The notes beneath the pieces are model-generated. The model was not told the DNA's origin and did no database searches. It worked only from the letters and a program-made list of their open reading frames with translations. From Nemertoderma westbladi (Eukaryota > Animalia > Xenacoelomorpha), in assembly GCA_032718475.1 (NCBI GenBank), contig JAUCBJ010002835.1, positions 32,540 to 96,539 of the forward strand: DNA of 64,000 nucleotides. Reading direction: 5' to 3'. The number at the start of each line of letters is the position of its first letter. The stretch's first letter is position 1. Shown one piece after another: positions 24,792-37,764 of this stretch. The position numbers and the translations under genes are program-made.

Positions 24792-26467
24792 CAGGGCCGG
24801 ATTAAACAATAGGCTAACAAGGCAGATATTATTGATATAGGCAGAAATTATTATATTATTTTGTTTCGCGCCCATGTGATGAATACCAGGATTTCACTTT
24901 TCGGTCGACTTTTTATTGGAATTTTATATATGAAGATTTTATATTTTTTTTTATTTATCTTTATTAAGTGTTTTATAGCGCTTATTTCTGTCCTATAACC
25001 TGTACATATACTAATTCGTTTATTGTTTTGGTTAGATTCAGCCCTTCTGTAACCTGTGTTTTTGGTGAAAACCTGGTATTCTTCACATGGGGGGTAACTG
25101 CAAAGTGAAATATAACGGCAGAAAGTCTGGTTCTGGTATTCTTTATCCATTGTTTGGGAAGCTTGTCAACAATTTTATATCTCCTACAATAACTCTAAAA
25201 GTTGGATTTCCTCAAGGTGTTCCTCTAAGCGGTCCATTGTTTACGAAAGATACAGATGAAATTAGAGAAGAAGATGGTTCCCTTGCCAAGTATTCTGACG
25301 ATTCTCGTTGCTTGTACTCTATTAGTTGTTCAAAAGATAATGATAAATATGAGCTAAGTATTAAGAAAATTGTAGATTTGTCATTAAAGAAAAACTTGAA
25401 GCTGAACACAAAGAAGTCTGAGGAACTGTGCTTCATTCCAATAAATTTCAAAGACTCTAAAATCGTAGATATTGCAGAGGAAAGGATTACAATTGGGGGT
25501 AATGTCGTACCACGACCAGCTATGGTGAAACATCTGGGAGTGTGGATATCAGATAATATGTCATGGAAAATCCATGTCTCTAACTTAATAAAAAACGTTA
25601 ACTACATAGTCCGCCAGTTCAGCTTCTTCATTCGGTTTGCGAGTAAAAAGACTAAAATATTTCTATTCCAAACGTACATTGCACCACACTATTTGTACTG
25701 TTCTGTGGCTTGGGTCCCTCTTACACCATCCAGTCTAAGAAAGAAGCTGCGTAAACCAATATCACTGTACGCAAGGCACTCTAAGATAGATAAACATGTG
25801 TACTTAAAATATATTAATGACGCATTCTCCACTCAATTTGTCAACATGGTTAACAAGATTGTGGCCACACCCCGACACCCCTTACATGATTTTATCATGG
25901 CCTCCAAGTCAACGTCCACCTCAACTCGCAGCAAATACACAATGCCAAACGTTCGTACGAAATTATTTCAGAACTCATTTGCACCTATGGCCATACGATA
26001 CCTTATTAGTAATGAGATGCCGTTATTTTTCGACTGAGTTAATGTCCAATGTTTATTATTTAATTTCTTATATCATCTATACTTAATGTAATTTTATTTA
26101 ATTTGGCAAAGACTTTATACTTATTACTTACTTACTTATTTAGCATGTTTTAATGATGCATTTGGTTTTACTATTCCCATTTACATTTTATCTATGTACA
26201 GGAATTAAAACAATATAATATAATAATAATATAACAAGAAGTTTATGCGATAATTACGGACGATTCCTTTCCTGAGTCCCAGTAGTACAAGCGCGAACAA
26301 TGTACCAAGGCCCAAGCCTACCTCAGACCAATGCTTTCTCATCAAAATTTCAAAAATTGTCGATGCTATTGGCCTTATCATACAATGGAGGGGAGCTGCT
26401 GACTGCCGGTTAAGGGCCCCTCATTCGTTGTTAGCCTAGGGGCCCCCAAAACCTTAATCCAGCCCTG
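24792..26467. mobile_element. hAT-type MITE carrying nested MITE and LINE insertions
   Basis: TIR CAGGGCCGGATTAA/TTAATCCAGCCCTG; 8-bp TSD ATTATGCA (24784-24791, 26468-26475). Confidence 0.85.
25143..26232 (+). mobile_element. 5'-truncated non-LTR retrotransposon (CR1/L2-like RT C-terminus and 3' UTR)
   Basis: GFPQGVPLSGPLF, KYSDD, LKLNTKKS, VKHLGVWISDNMSW, HPLH, RTKLFQNSF; stop at 26037; TAA-repeat tail near 26215-26232. Confidence 0.8.
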
Positions 26468-27384
26468 ATTATGCACCCGTACACTACAGCAGTAGTAGTG
26501 AAATATTGGAAGTGTATTTAATGGCATTCCGAAAATAAATTAGTAATGTTAAGGATAAAAGAACCATCATAACCACCAAGTTCAAGAACATGAAGCTAGT
26601 ACTCTAGTAGTGAGCAGTCAGCTGTTCATCAAAATGCAAATACAACAGGCAGATCCATTATAATAGCCCCATCGTATGTCGTACAGTCGTACGCATACGA
26701 ATTTGGACTTTAGTTAAACCCTCAACTTGCTGTTTCTATTGACTTTCCACTGGACTTCTTACACAATGAATGGCGGAAGTTCAAGAGTTCAACAACCGAA
26801 CAACGCAGTGATTAAATAATGGGTGTGTCCTTTTCGTAATACAGTAATAGAACTTATATAAATATTATATTGTCTGTCACCTCACCATGTAAGTTGTAGT
26901 ACACTTCTTGTGTCTTGCGGTCCGTCTACAGGTCTAAACACCCAAATCACACCAAGACCAAATTGACCAAATCACAACAAAAAGATATGAGTTTGGATTT
27001 CAGGATTGTCTGATTGTACTATCATTTCTGCCTGTTGTACGCCCATCAGCTTATCTATTCTGTATTATAAATTACATTGTGTTGTGCATGTGCATACGTT
27101 GTGACATAGCTCAGTACTGCAGTAGCTATCATGTCATCATATCTCATTACGACATTAATAATTGCCATTATACATTACCACTCAGCCACAGCCACTGGTG
27201 TTCCAGCTATTCCTATTATACCAGGCAATGCTAGCGTTATGTTTTATCTTATCTGGCAGTGCAATCTGTGTTTCTTAGCCTAATAAATTGGTGACAGTTG
27301 TGATGTTACCGGTTAAAGGCTAAGGACATCATTATCTAAATCCGTTCGGCTCACAAAAGATGATGTTCTATTATATATATTTGG

Positions 27385-29763
27385 ATGGCGACTACTGACT
27401 CAAGTACTAATTCGGCGACTGCCATGAATATTTTAGGACATAAAGTTACCGAGCCAACGTATAAAATGACGACGCAATACACGAGACAAACCGATGAAGG
27501 AGTGGAGTTTGATGATAGCCAAGAGATTGAGAACGTTGACATCACGATAACAAAGTCACCCAGCATTATTGCGCGTAATTTTACTACAAAAAAGATTTTA
27601 TTAGGAATAATCTTAGTATTGATTCTAATTGTCACAGTTTTAGTTGTCGTTATGGCTATTAGAGGAGGTTATTCGCGTAGTTTGTGTTTAACACCCGAGT
27701 GCGTTTACATGGCTTCCTCCGTTTGGTCCAGTATGAACGCGTCCGCGGACCCGTGCATGGATTACTATAACTACGCATGCGGTGGTTGGCTGAACAGCAA
27801 TCCCATACCTCCGGGCGAGTCCCAATGGAGTCTGTTCGCTGAAAAAGCCAACAGAAACGCCATGTTAATTAAATCGATGTTAGACGAACTCCCTGTTACT
27901 GATAATTACTCGAGCATTGATAACGCGATGGGGAACGCCCACAGATATTATCTATCCTGCATGGATAAAAACAATCTGAAAAACAAGCTGGGTGGGGCGC
28001 CCTTGATGAAACTAATAGAAAGTAACTTTTGGGAGTGGGGAATTCCCCGAGAGGCTGCGCGGGAAACAGGTGGAAATACTCCCGAAGACTTAACGAAACT
28101 TCTTAAAACGGTGTTTGGTAAGTTGTCTATGTTGTACATGGGGGCCCCTATTGTGAGTGTGGCTGTGGACTCAGACGAAAAGAATAAAGATATTCATGTA
28201 ATCCAGATCGCCAAGGGGTACATGACTTTAGATACCAACTTCTACACGAATACGACAATCGATAATAACACCGTGCTCACCGCGCTACTCGAGTATATGA
28301 TCGCGTTGCCCAGGAAACTAGGGAGTTCTGTGGAGTTGAACGATACGATGAGACGGGTATTGGAGTTTGAGATGGAGTTGGCTAATCTAAGCGACGCCTT
28401 CCCGGTGAATTACACGGATATGGAATCGAATTACCGGAATATGACGATCTCCGCGTTGCAGAATGAAGCCCCTTATATTATTTGGTTGGATTTATTACAG
28501 GAAATATTCAGCCCTTTCGGTTACGATATCACCGATAAAGAAATAGTTGTTGTTTATTTCATAGATTATCTAAAAGGTTTAACAGATCTTCTAGGACGCA
28601 CCGATTCCTATATAGTTGACGAATACATTCTATTCCGTTTTATGGACTCGCAAGTTAATTATCTTTCCGACGATTTGATTAAGTTAAAGAAACCTTTGGT
28701 GGCTGCGATTACCGGGATAGTTGAGCAACGGCCGGTCTGGAAGAATTGTTTGAGAGAGACGGAGTCGCGGTTTCCTTACGTTATCGGCGCGATGTTCGTG
28801 GAGAGAACCTTCGATAAGGCGAGTAAAGAAGCCGCCGACTCGATGATAGACGGAATTAGGAACGCGTTTATAGCTAATCTACCGCAGTTGAGCTGGATGG
28901 ACACGGATACGTCGGCAAAAGCCGTCCGCAAGGCGCGGATGATGGAGAAACTCATTGGATATCCCGACTTCATTCTGGTTCCTTCGTCGTTAAACGAGAA
29001 ATACAAATCGTTGGATATGAAAGAGGATGAATTCTTTAACAATAGTATAAAGTTAACCAAGTTCGCGTTGGATAAGAGTTTGATAAAGTTGCGTTTAAAT
29101 ACGACGGATCGCGATCCCTGGGATTCTGTGAATCCGGCCTCTATAAACGCGTTCTATCAGCCCAGCTACAACGAGATGTTGTTCCCCGCAGGAATCCTCC
29201 AGGTTCCGTTCTACGATAAATCCTTCCACAAGGCGCTCAACTTCGGTCGAATCGGCGTCGTGGTGGGCCACGAGTTGACCCACGGATTCGATTCCCGCGG
29301 GCGGCAGTACGACGCCGAGGGGAATCTTCGTCGTTGGTGGAACAACGAGTCGATAGCGCGGTTCGAGACGCAGACAAAGTGTATGCGGGAGCAGTACAGC
29401 GCGTACAGAGTCGGCAACGAGACCGTGGACGGGAATAACACCTTGGCGGAGAACATAGCGGATAACGGGGGCTTGAAGAGTTCGTTCCTCGCTTACCGTT
29501 CCTGGGTGAAACGGAACGGCCAAGAGAAACTCCTCCCGGCGTTGCAGTTGAGCAACGAGCAGTTGTTCTTCCTCGGGTTCGCACAGGTCTGGTGCAACGC
29601 GGCCACCAAGGAGGAATCTAGTTTGCAGGTTAAGGTGGATGTTCACAGTCCCGGTAAGTGGCGAGTTGTCGGGAGTTTATCGAACTCATTCGAGTTCAGC
29701 GAGGCTTACAGTTGTCCCAAAGGCAGCCCTATGAATCCCGTAAGTAAATGCGTCGTGTGGTAA
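27385..29763 (+). CDS. M13 zinc metallopeptidase (neprilysin/endothelin-converting enzyme family), single exon
   Basis: Type II TM (ILLGIILVLILIVTVLVVVMAI), DPCMDYYNYACGGW, NAFY, HELTH (HExxH), ENIADNGG, HSPGKWRV, C-terminal CVVW; 792 aa uninterrupted. Confidence 0.95.
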   Translation: MATTDSSTNSATAMNILGHKVTEPTYKMTTQYTRQTDEGVEFDDSQEIENVDITITKSPSIIARNFTTKKILLGIILVLILIVTVLVVVMAIRGGYSRSLCLTPECVYMASSVWSSMNASADPCMDYYNYACGGWLNSNPIPPGESQWSLFAEKANRNAMLIKSMLDELPVTDNYSSIDNAMGNAHRYYLSCMDKNNLKNKLGGAPLMKLIESNFWEWGIPREAARETGGNTPEDLTKLLKTVFGKLSMLYMGAPIVSVAVDSDEKNKDIHVIQIAKGYMTLDTNFYTNTTIDNNTVLTALLEYMIALPRKLGSSVELNDTMRRVLEFEMELANLSDAFPVNYTDMESNYRNMTISALQNEAPYIIWLDLLQEIFSPFGYDITDKEIVVVYFIDYLKGLTDLLGRTDSYIVDEYILFRFMDSQVNYLSDDLIKLKKPLVAAITGIVEQRPVWKNCLRETESRFPYVIGAMFVERTFDKASKEAADSMIDGIRNAFIANLPQLSWMDTDTSAKAVRKARMMEKLIGYPDFILVPSSLNEKYKSLDMKEDEFFNNSIKLTKFALDKSLIKLRLNTTDRDPWDSVNPASINAFYQPSYNEMLFPAGILQVPFYDKSFHKALNFGRIGVVVGHELTHGFDSRGRQYDAEGNLRRWWNNESIARFETQTKCMREQYSAYRVGNETVDGNNTLAENIADNGGLKSSFLAYRSWVKRNGQEKLLPALQLSNEQLFFLGFAQVWCNAATKEESSLQVKVDVHSPGKWRVVGSLSNSFEFSEAYSCPKGSPMNPVSKCVVW

Positions 29764-30522
29764 TCTTATTTTATTCCATTCCAGTTTAAATAATTGTATA
29801 TTCATTTATTTATAATCGCATTTGTATTTATATCTGGAGTTCCTTAAAAAATATATACTAATGTACTCTTACCCTTTATTAAAGGTTCGTTTAAATATAT
29901 CAGGAAAGACAATTTCATTTCTGTTTAGATTAATTTCATGTATTTTTAATTTCTTGAATGGCTAATGGGTGCAACACCATATCTAAGCGATGAATATATA
30001 TTCAGTTGTTCCAATTGAAAAGCTTATTTTATTTTGTGCATATTTATCATGAGGTATTATATTAAAGATACCTAAATAAATATTATCAAAAAATAATACA
30101 CAAAATGATGCTAATTTGTATTTATTATCAGTCGTTTATGTAATAATATGTGCGAGCGATCATAGATGTTATTGTTAGTCTATTAAGTAAATGAAGTGCA
30201 GAATATGACATTGTGTTAGTATTATTAATATGTTAGCTAGTGCGCCCTAATATTACGGGACGTACAACTGAGTCGTTACTTTTTAATCATCTGTTAAAAT
30301 TGTGTTTTTTTTATACGTATATAGTTTAGATATATAGTTTACATTGGCGTATGCCCGGTCAATGTGTCATGTAAGCTGATTGTGTAAAGTGCTAATATAT
30401 GTAAGTTGTGAATTATGTAAAATGATGTCATCGTTAAAATACCTTTATAAGTTAAATTCCTTAATATCCAATCTGTAAATATGAGATAATGAATGATGGC
30501 TTACGCAAAATAGACCTGTACA

Positions 30523-31476
30523 CAGGGATTCGATACAATACGATACGAAAATACGATATGATACCAACCAATTTATCACGATATGTTACGATACGAATGC
30601 AATTTTGAGAAAATACGATACGATACGAAATGCGAAAAAAGTTTCGTGTTTTTTTCGTATCGTATTTTTTATCTAAGAGTTGATAAAATACATTTATTGC
30701 ATTTTGTATTACCCTTAGATAATCACTTTATAAAACTCTATAGGCAAATATTTTTTATTTCACTGCTTGTCTACAGCAATAACTGTGTCTACTGGCTACA
30801 ACATCCATATGGACGTTATGCATCGGGAACCAATAATAGTAGGCGTTAGGCCTACCATATTACCATGCCACTTCATGCATAATGTTACTGTTGTACCTAC
30901 TGTAGGCCTAACTGCCGTTATTTATGGAATAATTTTGAATTTTGATGCACCAAGCAAGATATGGAATAAAATTCAAACTTTCATTTCGAAGTCAAACTAT
31001 TACTAGAATAAAACTATGTTTTATTTCAAACCAAATGTTTTATTTCTATTATTATCTCACTCGAATGATAACATTAATGCCTTGTTGGCGCGATTAGAGT
31101 TCTCCTCATAAGTTTATTTAAACTGTAATTAGATTATGTTTCAGTAGTCTCTTTTTATCGTTATTCTACAGTTAATTACCATGCGATTAACGATACTCAT
31201 TCTTACACATTTTATTGACATAATAAAACTGTAAGCTGCAACCGAATTTATACACCAATTTTGAGAAAAAAAATGTAAAGAAATAAGTTGTGTGATCTCT
31301 GGTTTGACTGTGAAAAATATTAATATTTCATGAGATACGAAAATACGAAAAATGTTTATTTGTAATATACGTTACGAAGTAAATTTTTATGATACGATAC
31401 GAAATTCGATACGAATAAAATTCTGCGATACGAAATACGAAAATCAGTTTTCGTATCGTATCGTATCTTGTCCCTG
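30523..31476. mobile_element. hAT-type MITE with subterminal (GATAC)n repeats
   Basis: Ends CAGGGA/TCCCTG; many CGATA/TATCG repeats near both ends; 8-bp TSD CCTGTACA (30515-30522, 31477-31484). Confidence 0.9.
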
Positions 31477-33299
31477 CCTGTACATTAGTGAGAATTTACA
31501 TAATTAATTTATTATCGTCGTAAGAAATTAATTTTTTTCTATTTTTAATTAAGAGATTAGGGGGGCTATTGAGAAAATCAAATATTCGGCAAATTAACTC
31601 ATAATCAATTAAGGGAAAGGAGCAGGTTACAGTGGCTTCAAATTATTCTTATCAAAAAATAAACAATTGTCAACAGAACGGATTACAGTGGCACGCTATT
31701 CTAATCAAAACAATAAAAGTAAGTAATCAGCTGTTATTTGCGCGTCCATTTTTCATTGGTGATTTTGATTGTTTCAAGAGTCTCGCCAATCTGATTTGTA
31801 AGATACGTTCTCCTACTTGCATACATACATTATCCCACCAGATAACTATTACTTCACCCCGTGGCGTTAATGACATATACTGTAACTAATTAGATGTGTT
31901 TAAAGAAATAATAGTAGCACTTCCGTTGTAATTTAGGTACAATAAGATTCTACAAATTTCAAGTCAAGTTTTGCAATAACGGTAATGGAAACTGCATTCC
32001 AACTGTTATAGAATTATTATTTCTTTATTTACTCAGAACTTTATTTAACAAAAAAAAATATTTCACTAATTTATATTTAGCGGTCACATTAAAATTGGCG
32101 TACAATTAATTAATTTTCATTGTTGCACTGTTATTAATTATAATGTTATATCCATTTTTTAAGTTGTGTAATGCAATTCAAAAAAGACATCGAGAAAATA
32201 CCGTAGTTTTGACTTTTTCCCCCTGCCCGGAACTTCATAGATTTGGAAAAATGAGCTACAAATTTGACTATAGTATACCGGTATATTAATATTTAAACAT
32301 AGTTATTTTTGAATGGCCCCTCTTACAATAACTATGATATTTTTGACTATGACACCTCGAACTTTAGCTTGGTGTTTTATGCCATTGTTCCTCCGGGTCA
32401 CACCTTTCAGACCGTGTCGTTATGGGTTGCTTATTGGTTTATCGATTTATTGAGCTGTGTTTATATTGTTTCGTATATATTATTAATAATTAGCTTTGTG
32501 CTAATAATTGTCTACCTCATTTGTATTACTTTTTTTTTTGTTAGTTTATGTGTCAGGGGAACCACTATTTTTTATTACGACGTCTGAACAACACCCCCCC
32601 CCCCCCCCCACCACACCACACCCATACCCCCCACACCCACCCTCCCCGACACCCCCCCCCCCCCCCCCAACCCAACCTACCCGATTATCCGCCAATTTTG
32701 TGAAGTCTACCTTGCAGTAATAATATACAGTGTTTTAGTTCAAATAGCATCAGCTATTATTAGTTTGTAGCAGATTAACCGTGTTTTAAATTTAATAATA
32801 ATTTAATGTAATAATTCAGTTTATACTTACAATACAATATTCAATATTAGTAATTGTGTTAGAGAGAAAAAGTAAAGTAATGGTGCATGTGAACCAGCAG
32901 AGGCAACCCATAGTCTCATCTGTTACAAGTAAAGGGAAGTGAGGGTCCACTCCAGCTGGGTGTCAAAAAATTATACTTAAGATTAAATATAAAAGACTCG
33001 GCATTAATTCATACAGTGATTTGCTGTAACCTCAACCATTTAAGCTAAAGTTTACCTATAGTAAGTACCGCTTTTTTATATCAATATTAGTTACTTACAT
33101 TGCTTTTCTAGTATTTAGTGCAATAATGGTGTTTACTGTTTAGTGTTACTAAATGTATTAAATGGTAATAGTGATACTGTTTATCCCAATCGATAAATAT
33201 ATGCGTTAATTTGTGATCACTAGCATATCTATCAATCTATAATAATTGGCACGCTGCACTGCATCCTCACTAATAATGCTGTGCCGGCTTATCGACAAA

Positions 33300-33500
33300 A
33301 TTGCGTTGCCACAACTCCCTATATACCCCATGGCCATGACTTTCGCGAGATCATCCGTATCTTCAAGGTCAGTGTCCTTTAAGATGCGTCTCAAGAAAAT
33401 CATGGGCTGTCCACCATGCTTATTCTCTTCATTAGGACGCCAAAGCACAAGATAATGAATGCACTGGCTGGTCCTCACGGTGAAACCAATGCCCTGCACA
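33300..33500 (-). pseudogene. RTE LINE 3'-end fragment
   Basis: LVLWRP...GGQP...LKDT resembles the RTE C-terminus seen in the 34.5 kb copy (LLFWQP). Confidence 0.5.
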
Positions 33501-33845
33501 GCGGAGGCGGCTATGTTCAAGTCTCAAGCAGGTATGGTTGGAGATGTGTGTGCATTGTACTTGACAGAATTAACCCCGCACCCGTAGCATTCTTGTGTAT
33601 GTGACATCCATAAATTTATAATGCCTGTCACGGGTTTATATTATAATATTACTTTTATTTTTATATTTTTGTTATTCGCCCCAATATACCCCAAACTCTG
33701 GAGAAATAAGAGTACTTTATGTCTCCAGGGAATATACAACCCATAGTAACCCAAATTTCTGCGTTCTAATGAAGGTTCCTTAAAGATTGGTCATATTGTC
33801 AAACAACGAATAGCTGGGGAGCCCCTTAGGTGAAAATATTATTTC

Positions 33846-34060
33846 CTATATCTTGTGCGCACAACTTAATATCTTTGTGAGCACAAGTTAGTATATTGTG
33901 CGAAAAACTTAGTATCTTGTGCGCACAACTTCGTATATTGTGCGAAAAACTTAGTATCTTGTGCGCATAACTTACGTACACCATTCGTGGCACAACTTCT
34001 TATATTGTGCGAAAAACTTAGTATCTTGTGCGCATAACTTACGTACACCATTCGTGGCAC
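33846..34060. repeat. Short tandem/subterminal repeats (TATATTGTGCGAAAAACTTAGTATCTTGTGCGCAYAACT)
   Basis: About 39-bp unit repeated 3-4 times with internal sub-repeats. Confidence 0.75.
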
Positions 34061-34384
34061 AGTAGTGTCAAAACTCAGTGACTCCACACTCTGCAAATCT
34101 AAATGCGCGATTGCATGAATTTTGAAAAGGAGATAGATTGCTCCATCCTCCTTACTGGATGGGTGAGAATTTTATTTTTGATTTCAATCTTTATAGTCCG
34201 GTGGAAATAGAGTTCAACCCGGAAAAAAAACGGCCAAGCTGGGTTTTTCTACCATCGCAACCTAGCGAATGGCCATGGTAACCATCGATTTCGCTACTTG
34301 GGGCCATGTGTCATCACCCACTCCCACTATATCGATAATTTAATCAGATAATTTAATGAATATATATGTATATATACTACTACT

Positions 34385-37040
34385 AGGTCGAGCGAACTCG
34401 GACAGTGGAAATGAGATCCTTCCAGGCTTCCCGATTCTCCATAGTTGTCGCAACTTCGCCTCTCCCAAGTTCAGTATCCCTTTCAAGTTGATCTATATAT
34501 GTTATGGCTGGTCGTCCACGACTACGCTTTCATGAGTTGGTTGCCAGAAAAGTAGATCTGGTATGACCTCATCTTTACTTCGCCAGCAGTGCCCACTGAA
34601 TCTTAATCTGCGTTCACGGAGGGTGGTTGATACAGGTGGTATTGTACCATAAAGCTCGACGTTTGTCATGCGTTGTCTCCAGCTGATGTTTAGGGCTGCC
34701 CTTAGTAGTCTTGTGTAGCAACCATCAATTCGTTGTTCAAGTGATTTAGTCAGTGTCCAGGTTTCACCCCCGTATAAAAATACACTTTCCACTGTGGCTC
34801 GAAAGAACTTAGTCTTCAGGTGCCTGGAGAGATCTGATTTCCAGATGGTATCCATTTTTCATAGAGCTACCCAAGCCTTTGCTTTCCTAACTTCTATGTC
34901 CTTTTTGCTACTCTCTATCCATGATCCAAGGTACTGGAAGTCGTCAACCTTCCTTAGTTGATTATTAAATTGTCAATGGTTGTCAAGTTTCCATCAACAT
35001 TAAAGGTCATGAATTCGGTCTTGGTAGCATTTATATGCAATCCAACCTCCTTAGCAGCCCTCTCCACTTTATTTAGTAGAAGCTGTACATCTGCTATTAG
35101 AGAGCAGGGTGATGTCATCTGCAAAGTCGGTTTCTGTGACTGTAGTTGCCGGATATCTACTACTTCTGCGTTCTTGAAGTGTGAATCCCAGGTCTTCACC
35201 CTTTGTGGCTGTCCTCATTGCGTAATCCAGCTCAATTACAAATAGTAATGGTGCTAATGTGTCACCTTGCAGTACCCCAGCCAGGATTGAGAAAAACTCA
35301 GTTTCACCATCTGGTGAGAGTACCTGCGCTTCTGTGTCACAATATAACAATCCAATGCCAGCAACAATTACTTCTGTTATCCATAAGCTCTTAGGATTTC
35401 AAGCATTTTGCCTCTATGGATGGAGTCGAATGCCTTCTTGAAGTCCACAAAAGTCATGACAGCGGGGAGATTCTTCGACTTAATTCCTTCAATCAGTCTC
35501 CGTAGTGCAAGTATCTGAGCTATTGTTGATCTACTTGGTCGAAATCCGTTTTGGCTCCGCAGTAGTTTCTCTATGTGAGGCATAATCCTATATAAAATCA
35601 TTTTATTGTATATTTTGGCAGCTCCCACAAGCAGACAGATCCCACGATAGTTTGTTGGTATACCGAGGTCTCCTTTCTTGGGGAGAGGCTTTAGTTGACC
35701 TTTAGTCCAAATTGGTGGTGGCTTTTCCCCTTTTAACATCCGGTTGCAAACATTCAATAATGGTCTGTTTAGCACTCCTGTTTTCCATACCTCCACTGGG
35801 ATTTCATCTAATCCACTCGCTTTATTATTGGACATGCTTTTAATGCTTCTCTGGAGTTCGGCAGGTGTGAAGTCCCCTGTTTCTATAGGTAGTGTCTTGT
35901 CATATATTTTCCTTGTAGGGCTGACCTCGATGTTTGGTGGCTGCCCAAGCAAGTTGCTGAAGTGATTTTTCCACTTCCCAACACGTTCTTCAGGACTATC
36001 GGCTTGAGGCGCCCCTTTGCACAACTTTTCCGACCAGATACCTCATTTACAGTTTGCCAGGTAAGTCTTGATTGTTGCTGTATGTGAGCAGTTATAATTG
36101 TTTCAATTTTATCCTGTATGTACTTTTCCTGGCTGATGTTGTAGGCCAATTTAAGATCGTCCTTAGCTTTCTCAACCTTGTTAATGTTTTCTGTTGTTGG
36201 TTGTTCGGTTTTAACTTTGTAGGCTATCTTAAGATCTTCTCTCTTACAAGTAACCTCGGAGTTTTGCCATGGCACATACTGTTTTCGTTTGGGTTTCTGG
36301 GGGATATGCCTCTTAGCTGATTCCTTGTGGGCTGTTATATTCTGGTATATTGAATCAGTGGACTGGTCTTCATCCATTGACTGAAGTGCTTCAAAGCGGT
36401 TTTGAACTTCTACTGTGTAAGCATCCTTTACTGCATTGTCAGTTCTGAGTTTCTCCCAGTCATAATTGATTTGCTTGCTTGTCCTGGGTTTGCTGGCTCT
36501 CAAACTGAGTCTGATCTCTGCAGTCACAATTCTGTGGTCCGAACCAATTAGGTTGAACGAGCTGTATGCCTCGCAGTTGATCATGCTGTTTCTCCACTTT
36601 TTGTTTATAAGGATGTAAACCAGTTGTGTTTTGGTTCCATTAGGGTATTGAAAGGTCCATAGCTTCCCCTTACTCTTTTCGAATGTGTTGTTTGTTGGTA
36701 TCAATTCACATTCTTCCATTAGGTCTAAAAGTAAGTACCCATTTCTGTTAGAACTAGTGTTATAGGTGTAACCCTTGATGTCTTCTGAGCCAATTTGCGC
36801 ATTCAGGTCACCAGCAATGACTTTAACATTATGTTTCGGAATGTCCTTTATAAGTCCAGTCAGATCTTCATAAAACTTGACTGCTTGTTCTGGCTCTGAG
36901 GCATTGGTTGGATTGTAGCAACATATAACTGTTGTCTTGGGATTCCCATCAAATGTTGCGATCATAACCCTGCAATTTATAGATTCGATGTTGTTTAGGG
37001 TCTTAAGTGCAAATGGGCTTAGCAGAATTCCTACTCCAAT
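34385..37040 (-). mobile_element. Degenerate RTE-clade LINE (APE endonuclease plus RT), several frameshifts
   Basis: GDLNAQIG and GSDHRIV (APE); NYRGICLL, QNGFRPSRS, DFKKAFDSIHR, GVLQGDTLAPLLF, FADD (RT); split across ORFs 35883-37082, 35377-36024, 35069-35350, 34502-34855. Confidence 0.9.
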
Positions 37041-37114
37041 ATGTAATACCCAATGTATATATATCTTCATGTAATATAACAATACAAGTATAACAATGAC
37101 TACCTACAAGTATA

Positions 37115-37441
37115 ACACGTGCGTATGGGGCCTTCGCGCAGCACGAAGTGAGCAAATCCTTAGCATATAGGGGACCCATTAACGAGTTGTCTGTCGTTAG
37201 TCAGAAGTGTCAACACAATATTCGTATCCTTCATTTGCCTCGTTGCGTTTGTTCGTTTTTTACCAAACTTCAATTTCTTTCTAAACTTTTGACGGACTAC
37301 ATAACGTACCAAGTTTTGTTTAATTTCATCAAGAATGACTGAGTAACTAGCAGTCAAAAATTTACTACGACGACGACGATAGACAACTCGTTAATGGCAC
37401 CCATATGCTAAGGCTTCGTTCACTTCGTGGCTCGCACCACA
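37115..37441 (-). mobile_element. Foldback non-autonomous element, copy A (TGTGG..CGAG ... ACGTGT family)
   Basis: Minus-strand ends TGTGGTGCGAGCCACG and CGTGCTGCGCGAAGGCCCCATACGCACGTGT; ~55-bp internal inverted arms. Confidence 0.75.
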
Positions 37442-37764
37442 ATGACTACCTAATAATAGCACTTAAAATACAAAATAATAACACTCCCTCCAGTCAGTTG
37501 TTCTACTTATGAAAATCATTATTTATCTAAATGTTAATTAGCATTACTCACTCGACGTATTCTAAATCTATATATAAATCTACTGTATATCTATGTATAA
37601 ACAATTAAGTAACTTTAGGTCAAAAATAATGTATAATTCCAAAGATTTATATTTTTAAATGGAATGATTGATAGAGCCTGTATGAAATTTAACAAAATCG
37701 AGTTCCAAATCGTAGAGACAACACTAATGTCATTTCCCCTCAGTAACATGAATCTAAACAACAG

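Noticed and set aside
25087-26037. 316-aa ORF as a host gene
   Set aside because: Chimera of MITE sequence and a truncated LINE RT.
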